The notes beneath the pieces were generated by a model. That model ran no database searches and was not told the DNA's origin. It saw only the letters and a program-made list of their open reading frames with translations. This document shows, piece after piece, positions 45,610 through 52,719 of a stretch of 64,000 bases of DNA; the stretch's first letter is position 1, and the number at the start of each line of letters is the position of its first letter. Both the position numbers and the translations under genes were made by a program. The DNA is from a virus: the IMG/VR virus record IMGVR_UViG_3300046115_000180; one strand, given 5' to 3'.

Positions 45610-45858
45610 TCACCTCCCTGCCGCCGCCGCTTCGAGTTCCTCGCGTGCCTGTCCTAAAAGATAGAACGCGTTTCGAACGCGAGCGTCTAAGTGGGTAGAC
45701 CCCGCCTCCATCCGTTCGAGAAACCGCATCAGCAGTCCCACATTCTGGGCACGCCGGGCGGCGAGTTGCTCGAAGGACTCCGCGGCCGGCGAAATGAAAT
45801 GCTCGGCCGAGTGCTCTATGAGCCGTTCGATGGGGCAAGGTGAGGTGTTTACGTTCAT
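45610..45858 (-). CDS. hypothetical protein (82 aa)
   Basis: ATGA-coupled ORF. Confidence 0.45.
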   Translation of the reverse strand: MNVNTSPCPIERLIEHSAEHFISPAAESFEQLAARRAQNVGLLMRFLERMEAGSTHLDARVRNAFYLLGQAREELEAAAAGR

Positions 45859-46184
45859 GTGGGATTCGATTCATTCGTTCGCTGAAAAAGTTCAACTGCC
45901 GTCCACGGATCGCGCGGGCCGACGAGCACCGACTTAATGGTTGGGCCGAGGAGAATCCGGCCGGGGTTGATGAGGGACGGGACGATCTGCCGGGTCGACA
46001 GTGTCGGTTGCAGAGTTTCGAAAGATTCCGGTGGGGCGTTGTCCGGGTCCGGGTGCGCCGTCGCGCGGGCCGAGAAAATACCGCACGGAGGAGCCGGGTC
46101 CGTCCAGAAAAATACGACGGTGCCGTCAGAGAGTGTCTTGGTGTTCAGTTCCGGGGCCGGGCACGGGACATTTACTTCGTTCAT
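45855..46184 (-). CDS. hypothetical protein (109 aa)
   Basis: The internal ATG (MNEVNVP) lies 7 nt after GCACTGTT and 2 nt after the upstream TAA. Confidence 0.5.
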   Translation of the reverse strand: MNEVNVPCPAPELNTKTLSDGTVVFFWTDPAPPCGIFSARATAHPDPDNAPPESFETLQPTLSTRQIVPSLINPGRILLGPTIKSVLVGPRDPWTAVELFQRTNESNPT

Positions 46185-46186
46185 AC

Positions 46187-46450
46187 TTACAAACAGTGCT
46201 CCGATTCCGTCCATGGGTCGCCCCACCAACGACGAATTCGAAAAAATTGGTATTCAGAACTGGCTGGAAGCACGACCCGATAGTCGGAACCTTCAATCGA
46301 GTATGGCCCGGGGACTTCATACCATACATCGGAACCCGGTGACTGTGCTTCCAGCACATCTCGAACGGGCATCAACGCCCCCGACTCGTCTGGGACTCGA
46401 CATTCGAAGGTCCAGAGCACGGTAACGGCGGACAGCAGTGCGGCAATCAT
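46187..46450 (-). CDS. small membrane protein (87 aa)
   Basis: MIAALLSAVTVLW is an N-terminal hydrophobic helix. The start is ATGA-coupled. Confidence 0.5.
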   Translation of the reverse strand: MIAALLSAVTVLWTFECRVPDESGALMPVRDVLEAQSPGSDVWYEVPGPYSIEGSDYRVVLPASSEYQFFRIRRWWGDPWTESEHCL

Positions 46451-46749
46451 TGAGTTAGAAAAATCATGGTTCGAACAAACGCCCACGCCATCCATGTAAA
46501 CCCGAGCGCTAGAATTCCGCCGGCAAGAAGCCCCCAGAGGGGGCCGTCTTTTGACAAATGAAAAATCCCGGCTCGCCGAACGACGGCGGCGCGAAATGGC
46601 GACCGGGCTGTCCGCAGTTCGGGCACGGGGGTTCCGGGGGTTTCAGTGCAAAGGCCCGTCGGTTTGACTTCTTTCGCTTTGAAATTTTCATACGCCCGAA
46701 TCATTAATGTTTCTCGAACCATGCTGTTGTAGTATTGCCAGTGCGTCAT
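46447..46749 (-). CDS. membrane protein (100 aa)
   Basis: C-terminal hydrophobic segment LWGLLAGGILALGFTWMAWAFV. Confidence 0.5.
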   Translation of the reverse strand: MTHWQYYNSMVRETLMIRAYENFKAKEVKPTGLCTETPGTPVPELRTARSPFRAAVVRRAGIFHLSKDGPLWGLLAGGILALGFTWMAWAFVRTMIFLTQ

Positions 46750-47045
46750 GGAATGAATTGCTCAACGAAAAGTTTTGTATCCACGAGCCCGATGTGCAAT
46801 CCCTGCGATTCCGCTTCCGCGCGGACGGCTTTGATGGCGGCGATTATGCGACTGCCGTTGAACGGGGCCGACGAGTTTTGAATCGCCCGGATGAGGGGCA
46901 TCAGTTCGACGGTTTTCTTGTTGGGGTCCGCCGTCTCGGCGGACTCGATTTCGACCGATTTGATGTCGACGTTCGGGTGAGCCGCCTTTTGAAAGTGCTC
47001 CCGGATGATCTCCGAGGCTTCGAAGTTTGAAATTATGATTTTCAT
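46746..47045 (-). CDS. ribosomal protein bL12 (L7/L12) C-terminal-domain-like protein
   Basis: RIIAAIKAVRAEAESQGLHIGLVDTKLFVE resembles K(V/I)[22 protein letters not shown]. The ATG (MKIIIS) follows a promoter/operator. Confidence 0.45.
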   Translation of the reverse strand: MKIIISNFEASEIIREHFQKAAHPNVDIKSVEIESAETADPNKKTVELMPLIRAIQNSSAPFNGSRIIAAIKAVRAEAESQGLHIGLVDTKLFVEQFIP

Positions 47046-47084
47046 TGTCAGAAAAAATGTATCCGATTTTCTGACAGAAGTCAA
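47046..47084 (-). promoter_or_regulatory. sigma70-type promoter overlapped by a 10-bp inverted repeat (operator-like)
   Basis: TTGACT (47084-47079), a 17-nt spacer, TACATT (47061-47056). The IR TGTCAGAAAA (47046-47055) / TTTTCTGACA (47067-47076) abuts the ATG at 47045. Confidence 0.5.
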
Positions 47085-47252
47085 GTGCTAATTCATCCAA
47101 AACTGCGAGGATGCCCCATGGAGATATCCCGTTCGGTCGCGAAGAAAAATTGCAACGAGCAATAGCCGGATTCCCGGTGGGGCGTGAATCGTTACCTGGA
47201 CCGCCGGATCGCCGAGTGTCTCGTAGACGAGTTTCAGTTTGTCAATTGGCAT

Positions 47253-47399
47253 AAAATTGTGAGGACCAGATACTGGTGATCAGCCAGCACATGTCAACGT
47301 GGTCCTCAACACGGCGAGGCTGGAATTCGAATCGCCACCTGAACCCTTTCGGAGTCCATGCTACTGCTTCCGACCTGTCGGCCGGTAAGCTCAGCCTGC
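47253..47399 (-). ncRNA. candidate ~145-nt small RNA between promoter copy P3 and a terminator-like hairpin
   Basis: Begins about 6-8 nt after the -10 at 47405-47410. It ends at the hairpin GAGGACCA...TGGTCCTC (47261-47307) followed by ACAATTTTAT. Only very short ORFs lie inside. Confidence 0.3.
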
Positions 47400-47404
47400 A
47401 CTAA

Positions 47405-47433
47405 TATTATCGGCACCCCGACGAAAAAGTCAA
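47405..47433 (-). promoter_or_regulatory. sigma70-type promoter P3 (near-copy of P1 at 49204)
   Basis: TTGACTTTTTCGTCGGGGTGCCGATAATA. It matches the P1 promoter at 26 of the first 30 aligned positions. Confidence 0.55.
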
Positions 47434-47884
47434 ATTATATTTTCCGCCAATGCGAGAGTCGTCGTTACGCTGGGCGACGCCGGGTTGTTCGGAATTTTGC
47501 CGGATCTCCATTTTTGGACCGCCGGATCGAACCTCCGGCGCCGCACGCGGTCCGCGGGAACGAGTTCGAAAAGCTTGGCACCGAGCGGCAGCGCCAGGAC
47601 GCACCATTCACGCATAAACGGTGCCAAGATCGCTCGATCCCAATTTTTTATTTCTCGATTTCACGTGTAAGCGAAGTTTCCCCCAGGAAAAACCCCCCAG
47701 CCGGGTCGGCAAAATCTGCCCAGACAGCATTCGGCATGCCAATCTGCAGGTCGGCGGATCGTGGTGGGGCGGATCGCCGGTTCGCCCCGATTCGAGATTT
47801 CCGTAGAAATGTTACGCACATGCCTGTCCTTATTTGCCCACCTCTGCTCGTCCCTGTATAAAAAGTTACAGTAAGTGCAAAAAG

Positions 47885-48529
47885 CTACATATGGCTTGGG
47901 TGAAAGGACCCAATTCCGCTTACCCTACGCTTTGCCCATACGACACGCATACACTCGGCAATATGTGCCCGAAGCGCAGGCGTTTTTGCCGCAGACATTT
48001 TTCGCCTCGTCTGCTCCGACTTCGGACGGTTGAGGAGCGCCGCACTCAATTTAACACGCGTTTCCGGCAACGTAGGTCGGCCCGTGCTCCGTTGTATCAA
48101 CAGGGCTTTGCAATGGGGCGGCATTGGCCTTCCCTTGCGTCCGCGGCGCGAGTCTGACATCTTTCGACGTGTTTCCAAAGAAAGCTGCTTGCCGCGCCAA
48201 TAGCCCATCTTATCGCGCATTTCCGCCGTAAAAACTGAGACCCCGTCACCGCCGTCCGTTCCATTCACCAAACCATTGCCCAGACTTCGAAAATATTCGA
48301 TATATGCCGCTTCCAAGGACAACGCCTCGGCGTCCGCTACCTCGTCGATAATTTCCAACCCAGGCACTTTCCCATCACGGGTCAACGCGCGTATCCAGTT
48401 CGTCTTGTGCCCACGTTCTTTGCACAACAGGTGTGCTCTGAAACGCCGTTTCGGCCGACGGGATTTCCCAACGTATCGAATCAGCCCGGTATCCGGATCA
48501 ACCAGCCCGTAAATATACGCGATACTCAT
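47885..48529 (-). CDS. GIY-YIG homing endonuclease with NUMOD3-like repeats
   Basis: IYGLVDPDTGLIRYVGKS...RFRAH is a GIY-YIG motif. Repeated ETRRKMS / ETRVKLS / QTRRKMS segments follow. Confidence 0.85.
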   Translation of the reverse strand: MSIAYIYGLVDPDTGLIRYVGKSRRPKRRFRAHLLCKERGHKTNWIRALTRDGKVPGLEIIDEVADAEALSLEAAYIEYFRSLGNGLVNGTDGGDGVSVFTAEMRDKMGYWRGKQLSLETRRKMSDSRRGRKGRPMPPHCKALLIQRSTGRPTLPETRVKLSAALLNRPKSEQTRRKMSAAKTPALRAHIAECMRVVWAKRRVSGIGSFHPSHM

Positions 48530-49188
48530 TCCTTATCGTAGGGAGTGGCGACCTTCGCTTCTGCGCGCACGGTAGTAACCGCCAATGCTTGCGCCGTGCT
48601 TACTTGAGCATCGAACAACGCCGCGCGCGGAGATCGCGATAGCTTCACTTCGGCCATGGCTTTTGCAATACGCGCGTGTAGCTCGCCGCCAGCAGTGCTA
48701 TCATCTTCTGCCGTCTTACGCTTTACCCGCTCCGGCGCGGTATCGTTAAGTGCTTGATACGTAAGGGCTTGTGCTTTTTCCATCGCACTCGCAAGATCGG
48801 CCAGGGCTCGGGTGGACAGCTTACGAAACGCTCCGTCCTTGTTCTCGCTCATGAGTAAGTAAGACTCAAACTCCTCAGCACCCATACCCGTAATTCGTAA
48901 CAAAACCCGCTCCAAGAAGAGACGAAAACGGTGGGCCATTACGAAGTTGAGGGCTCGGTTGATTGCGCGCTCAATATCGCCAGGGCGCCCTGACTTCTTC
49001 AACTCGATAATCGACTTAAGCCGCTCATTCCAGCCTTCCTCGTCTACCATCCGCAGGACTTCCACCGGCCGGACGTTGAGGGCGTGGGCGGTTTTCTCCA
49101 GGTCGCCGCAGAAGGTTGCATACAGCAGGAACGCCTGCTCACGGTCAAAAACAACCTCTTGGGCGTCTTCGGGGTTCGGTATTGGCAT
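48526..49188 (-). CDS. hypothetical protein (220 aa), first gene of minus-strand block
   Basis: The ATG (MPIPNPED) lies 7 nt after GCACTGTT. The ORF-track start lies inside the divergent promoter. Confidence 0.55.
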   Translation of the reverse strand: MPIPNPEDAQEVVFDREQAFLLYATFCGDLEKTAHALNVRPVEVLRMVDEEGWNERLKSIIELKKSGRPGDIERAINRALNFVMAHRFRLFLERVLLRITGMGAEEFESYLLMSENKDGAFRKLSTRALADLASAMEKAQALTYQALNDTAPERVKRKTAEDDSTAGGELHARIAKAMAEVKLSRSPRAALFDAQVSTAQALAVTTVRAEAKVATPYDKE

Positions 49189-49203
49189 ATACAAAAACAG
49201 TGC

Positions 49204-49232
49204 TTGACTTTTTCTCGTGGGTGCCGATAATA
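49204..49232 (+). promoter_or_regulatory. sigma70-type early promoter P1
   Basis: TTGACT, a 17-nt spacer, ATAATA, then a ~23-nt leader containing GTTTAAAC before the ATG at 49256. Confidence 0.6.
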
Positions 49233-49255
49233 TAAGCGTAACGTTTAAACAACAT

Positions 49256-49495
49256 ATGACCCTCAAACTAAAATATCACAGCGTCACCGCCAACGGGGTA
49301 ATCACGCGCTCCATTGTTGAAGACCGCTTCTTCCAAACCTTTCGCCGGTTTGGTGGTCGCGTGCTCGTTGCGTGGCAAGAGCGCATCCACACGGGTGAAT
49401 ACCACAACGTTTTAGACCGCGCGCGCATCGACGCACTCGAAACCGCATTTAACACGCTGCCCACCGCAACACCGTCACAACTCCAAAACTGGTAA
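49256..49495 (+). CDS. hypothetical early protein (79 aa)
   Basis: The ATG follows the P1 leader. The ORF-track start lies inside the promoter. Confidence 0.5.
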   Translation: MTLKLKYHSVTANGVITRSIVEDRFFQTFRRFGGRVLVAWQERIHTGEYHNVLDRARIDALETAFNTLPTATPSQLQNW

Positions 49496-49500
49496 AAATT

Positions 49501-49677
49501 ATGCTCGTCAACAAAATCATCTCTTACGAATCCGGCGAAATGGACGAAGCCGAAACCATCGAATTCTTTCAAGAACTTATCAACACCGGGCTCGCGTGGC
49601 AACTCCAGGGCCATTACGGTCGCACTGCCGCTGCGCTCATTGAAGCCGGCGAATGTTCTCCTAAAGTTTCTGCTTGA
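49501..49677 (+). CDS. small acidic hypothetical protein (58 aa)
   Basis: Not in the ORF track. MLVNKIISYESGEMDEAETIEFFQELINTGLAWQLQGHYGR... Confidence 0.45.
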   Translation: MLVNKIISYESGEMDEAETIEFFQELINTGLAWQLQGHYGRTAAALIEAGECSPKVSA

Positions 49678-49713
49678 CCTGCCGATAATAATATTGTAAC
49701 GTTTAAACAGCAT

Positions 49714-49917
49714 ATGAGCAAAAAGCACTTCATCGCAATCGCCGCCACAATCCGAAGTCAAATTGATTCAGAGTCCCACCTTATCGCCGGACCTCGCAAA
49801 ACGGTCCGACTGGAAACAATCGCAGAAAGCGCAAACCGTCTCGCAGACGTGTTCGCCAACGAAAACCCGCGATTCGACCGGGCTCGGTTCCTGGCCGCGT
49901 GTGGCATCAACCGATAA
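49714..49917 (+). CDS. hypothetical early protein (67 aa)
   Basis: The ATG follows a second copy of the P1 -10/leader sequence. Confidence 0.5.
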   Translation: MSKKHFIAIAATIRSQIDSESHLIAGPRKTVRLETIAESANRLADVFANENPRFDRARFLAACGINR

Positions 49918-49924
49918 CACGACC

Positions 49925-50251
49925 ATGGACTTTTTCACACACCAATCGGACGGCGGCATCGTCATGCAGGGCAGCGCGCTCTGCGAAGCCGACCAATCCC
50001 AAGTGCTGCGCGCCTACGTCCACCGATATACCGGAGACCACCGGCCGAACTGGGTGGACGATAAAACGCCGCTCCATTTCAAACACGACAACGAGTGGTT
50101 GGATAACACCTACTTCGCAGTCAACCATCACGGGCGTCTACGCGCCTCGGTTCGCGACTGCTACAGCCGTCCCACATTCCCAAACCATCCTGAGCATCGC
50201 TCAAAAAATCCAAACCCGTTCCAGTGCGGTATTCACAACGTCAACCCATGA
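49925..50251 (+). CDS. hypothetical protein (108 aa)
   Basis: Internal ATG (MDFFTHQ) lies just after the upstream stop. Confidence 0.45.
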   Translation: MDFFTHQSDGGIVMQGSALCEADQSQVLRAYVHRYTGDHRPNWVDDKTPLHFKHDNEWLDNTYFAVNHHGRLRASVRDCYSRPTFPNHPEHRSKNPNPFQCGIHNVNP

Positions 50252-50571
50252 AAAAACTCAGAATCACAATCGGCACGGGCTGCGGCCTGCGCAAAGATAG
50301 CACGCCCATCAGCGGGTTCGACCGCGCGCAGATGACGATGCTCACCAAAAGTTTTCTGTTATCGAACTGCGGCGGCTACACAATAACAACCGCGGACGGC
50401 GGCTGGCGCGATGCAGAAGGCACAGACTGGGAGGAGCCCAGCATGGGGTTCGTCGTCATCATCGACGAGGGCAAGATAATCCCCGAGGCACTGGCGCAAT
50501 TTGTGCGAGACACGTTCGAGCAGGTTTGCGTGATGCTGACCGTCGAAGAAGTAAATACCCAAATGATATGA
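50248..50571 (+). CDS. hypothetical protein (107 aa)
   Basis: ATGA-coupled start (MKKLRIT). Confidence 0.5.
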   Translation: MKKLRITIGTGCGLRKDSTPISGFDRAQMTMLTKSFLLSNCGGYTITTADGGWRDAEGTDWEEPSMGFVVIIDEGKIIPEALAQFVRDTFEQVCVMLTVEEVNTQMI

Positions 50572-50672
50572 AAAACCGAAAAGCAGTAGATGATGCGGTC
50601 GCGATAGCGATTGTCGCGAGTGTCCTGGGAATCGTCGCGGGAGTTTTTCTAATCCTACTCTCCCATATATGA
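50568..50672 (+). CDS. tiny membrane peptide (34 aa)
   Basis: Not in the ORF track. ATGA-coupled at both ends, with hydrophobic core AIAIVASVLGIVAGVFLILL. Confidence 0.35.
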   Translation: MKNRKAVDDAVAIAIVASVLGIVAGVFLILLSHI

Positions 50673-50929
50673 AAAAACTGTTTCAACAAATCGACGACCT
50701 GTGCGTCAACGCGAACATGCACGGGATTTGCACCGCGCTGCACCTGCCATGGTTCGGCAGTCCAAACGCAATCGGCATCCGCCTGGGCGGACGCGAATAC
50801 GTATTGCCCGGAGCTACTGACCGGCTTTGGCGCCGGAAGTGGCGGAAGTTCCTGACGGACCACGTTGACGACGTTGCCAATAATCTCGCCGCTGCGCCTG
50901 CCGCTGCTCGCGACGGGCAATCCGATTGA
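50669..50929 (+). CDS. hypothetical protein (86 aa)
   Basis: ATGA-coupled ORF. Confidence 0.45.
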   Translation: MKKLFQQIDDLCVNANMHGICTALHLPWFGSPNAIGIRLGGREYVLPGATDRLWRRKWRKFLTDHVDDVANNLAAAPAAARDGQSD

Positions 50930-50975
50930 GGCGTTTGACATCCGGCGGCATGCGCTCGAATAGTTTACTGCTCAT

Positions 50976-51206
50976 ATGCTAACAGTGCAATCCATCATGG
51001 AGAAAGCGAAGGCGGACTCGCTGGTCACCGGCGACAGATTCGTGCCCGGCCGACCAGGGCCGAACAGCCGCTGGTGCGTCATCGACGCGCACCTTGAAAA
51101 CGTGATTGAGTCGGGGCTGACCTTCGATGTTGCCTTGGACCACGCCGAGCGGTTTTCCCGCCTGGACAAAGTCCAACACGAGGATGCGTATCGCAACCAT
51201 CGATAA
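50976..51206 (+). CDS. hypothetical protein (76 aa)
   Basis: Last ORF in the early-gene run before the 430-nt non-coding region. Confidence 0.45.
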   Translation: MLTVQSIMEKAKADSLVTGDRFVPGRPGPNSRWCVIDAHLENVIESGLTFDVALDHAERFSRLDKVQHEDAYRNHR

Positions 51207-51634
51207 TTTTCCGGCCGGCGTAAAAACCTTGCGAATGTGAGGACAACGAGAAATCGGGGTATGCGCAAGCAATGCGGGCCACCTGCCGCAGAACTGTCCT
51301 TTTCGCCGGCCGGATTAGAAAAATACCCTGCGGAGCAGTCGGCTTAATTAATTTCGAGTTTAATCTGGATAAAATTCATCATGTTACTTACCCCTCTTTA
51401 TCAAGAGAAAAAAAATAGAATATATATAGGGGGGGAGGGGGAACCACGCCCATTAGGGAGCACTGGAGAAACCGCCTTCCAAGGACTGGACCCCGCTTTT
51501 TTTTGGTGGCCCGAGTTGTCTCTCAAAAATATACACCGTAAACTTAATAACGACGAACCGGCGAACCGACCCACCGGCGAAATAAAATCCGAAATTCTGA
51601 CAAAACCTGACTCCACCCCTGCACTGTTAGCTGT

Positions 51635-52027
51635 ATGAACGTTAGTATCGACCCGATTCGGGAACACCTTCGGACATCGAAGGCCCGGCGCAAATCGCTC
51701 AACGCCGATTGGTGGACCGAGAACAACCAAGCCAACAAACTGCGAGCGGAGATCCGGCGAATTTCCGAAGCGGTTCTCCGGCTTGAAACTTTCAAGCGGG
51801 AACTCTCCGAGCGGGAGTTTCGGATGGCAAAACTCACCGGGGATATCAAGACCGAGGACGACTTCCAGGCAGAATTGAAATCCAAGCTCTCTGAGATTGC
51901 GTCGGCCAAACGATTGCTTAAGCGGTTTGATACCCTTCAGCAGCCGGATAATCGCAGCCTGATACCGGGAATACCCAACGACAGCTTGCTTAAACCTATC
52001 CAAACCGACGAAGAGTATGGGGCGTAA
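51635..52027 (+). CDS. coiled-coil hypothetical protein (130 aa)
   Basis: The ATG lies 6 nt after the plus-strand GCACTGTT. Confidence 0.55.
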   Translation: MNVSIDPIREHLRTSKARRKSLNADWWTENNQANKLRAEIRRISEAVLRLETFKRELSEREFRMAKLTGDIKTEDDFQAELKSKLSEIASAKRLLKRFDTLQQPDNRSLIPGIPNDSLLKPIQTDEEYGA

Positions 52028-52715
52028 ATTTTCCGACCCCGCCTGGGAGAACCTCCTGGATCTGGCACAGTCCACCATACCGCTCGGCCATCCGACGGAG
52101 AACGAGTTTCTGGTGGATGAATGGCGCCGCGGTGATCGCCAACCGCACGGGGTATCTCTACCGTTTTCTTTTCGTGATGGACTCCGGGACTCCGAGCCGC
52201 GCTGGATCGCCAAGCTTTATCTCGGCGGTGCCCAGCGGGTTATCGCGCGTGGGACGTTTTATCAATGCGCCCGGCTCTACGATGCCGCCCTCGTTTTCTT
52301 TGCTGAGTATCGCACCAAGCGGGCGGTTCAATTTAATTTCGACGAAGAACTTGCGCGGCTTTCCTGCAGTGATTCGGTTTTCATCGAGTATTTTCGAGCG
52401 CTCCTCGCGTTGGTTCAGAGAGACCTGACCACCGCGGACCAACGCGTGGAGCATTCGCGACTACGCACGCTCGACCGTCAGCACGATACCAGAACGGCGA
52501 CGGGCCGAATTGAGGCTCGGCTTACTTCCATTGAGCAAGCCGGCAAATTGCGTGATGACACCCTGGCGCGAATTGAAACGCGTTTAAACACTCTCGCGGC
52601 TCAACTCGCTTTGCTCCACTCGTTACCCGCGGTGGTTGCCCCGTCGGCCGAAGTCCTCTGCGACGCGAAAAATAACTTGACACCGATAACCCCTGTGTTA
52701 TCCTGCAACCCATAA
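52017..52715 (+). CDS. hypothetical protein (232 aa)
   Basis: ORF overlapping the upstream gene by 11 nt. Confidence 0.55.
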   Translation: MGRKFSDPAWENLLDLAQSTIPLGHPTENEFLVDEWRRGDRQPHGVSLPFSFRDGLRDSEPRWIAKLYLGGAQRVIARGTFYQCARLYDAALVFFAEYRTKRAVQFNFDEELARLSCSDSVFIEYFRALLALVQRDLTTADQRVEHSRLRTLDRQHDTRTATGRIEARLTSIEQAGKLRDDTLARIETRLNTLAAQLALLHSLPAVVAPSAEVLCDAKNNLTPITPVLSCNP

Positions 52716-52719
52716 TTTT

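Noticed and set aside
47358-47861. 167-aa plus-strand ORF and 65-66-aa minus-strand ORFs inside the non-coding island
   Set aside because: They have Arg/Pro-rich, unconvincing composition. They overlap the promoter and repeat elements and lack start contexts like those of neighbouring genes. A decayed pseudogene cannot be excluded.
50814-50975. 53-aa basic minus-strand ORF (MSSKLFERMPPDVKRLNR...) preceded by a reverse GCACTGTT copy
   Set aside because: It overlaps the ATGA-coupled plus-strand ORF 50669..50929 and is very Arg/Gln-rich. It is kept only as a note because the motif context is intriguing.
51401-52213. 270-aa minus-strand ORF spanning the non-coding gap and two plus-strand genes
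   Set aside because: The composition is Arg/Ser/Pro-rich. It crosses the AT-tract/G-run region and overlaps coupled plus-strand genes. It has no motif or start context.
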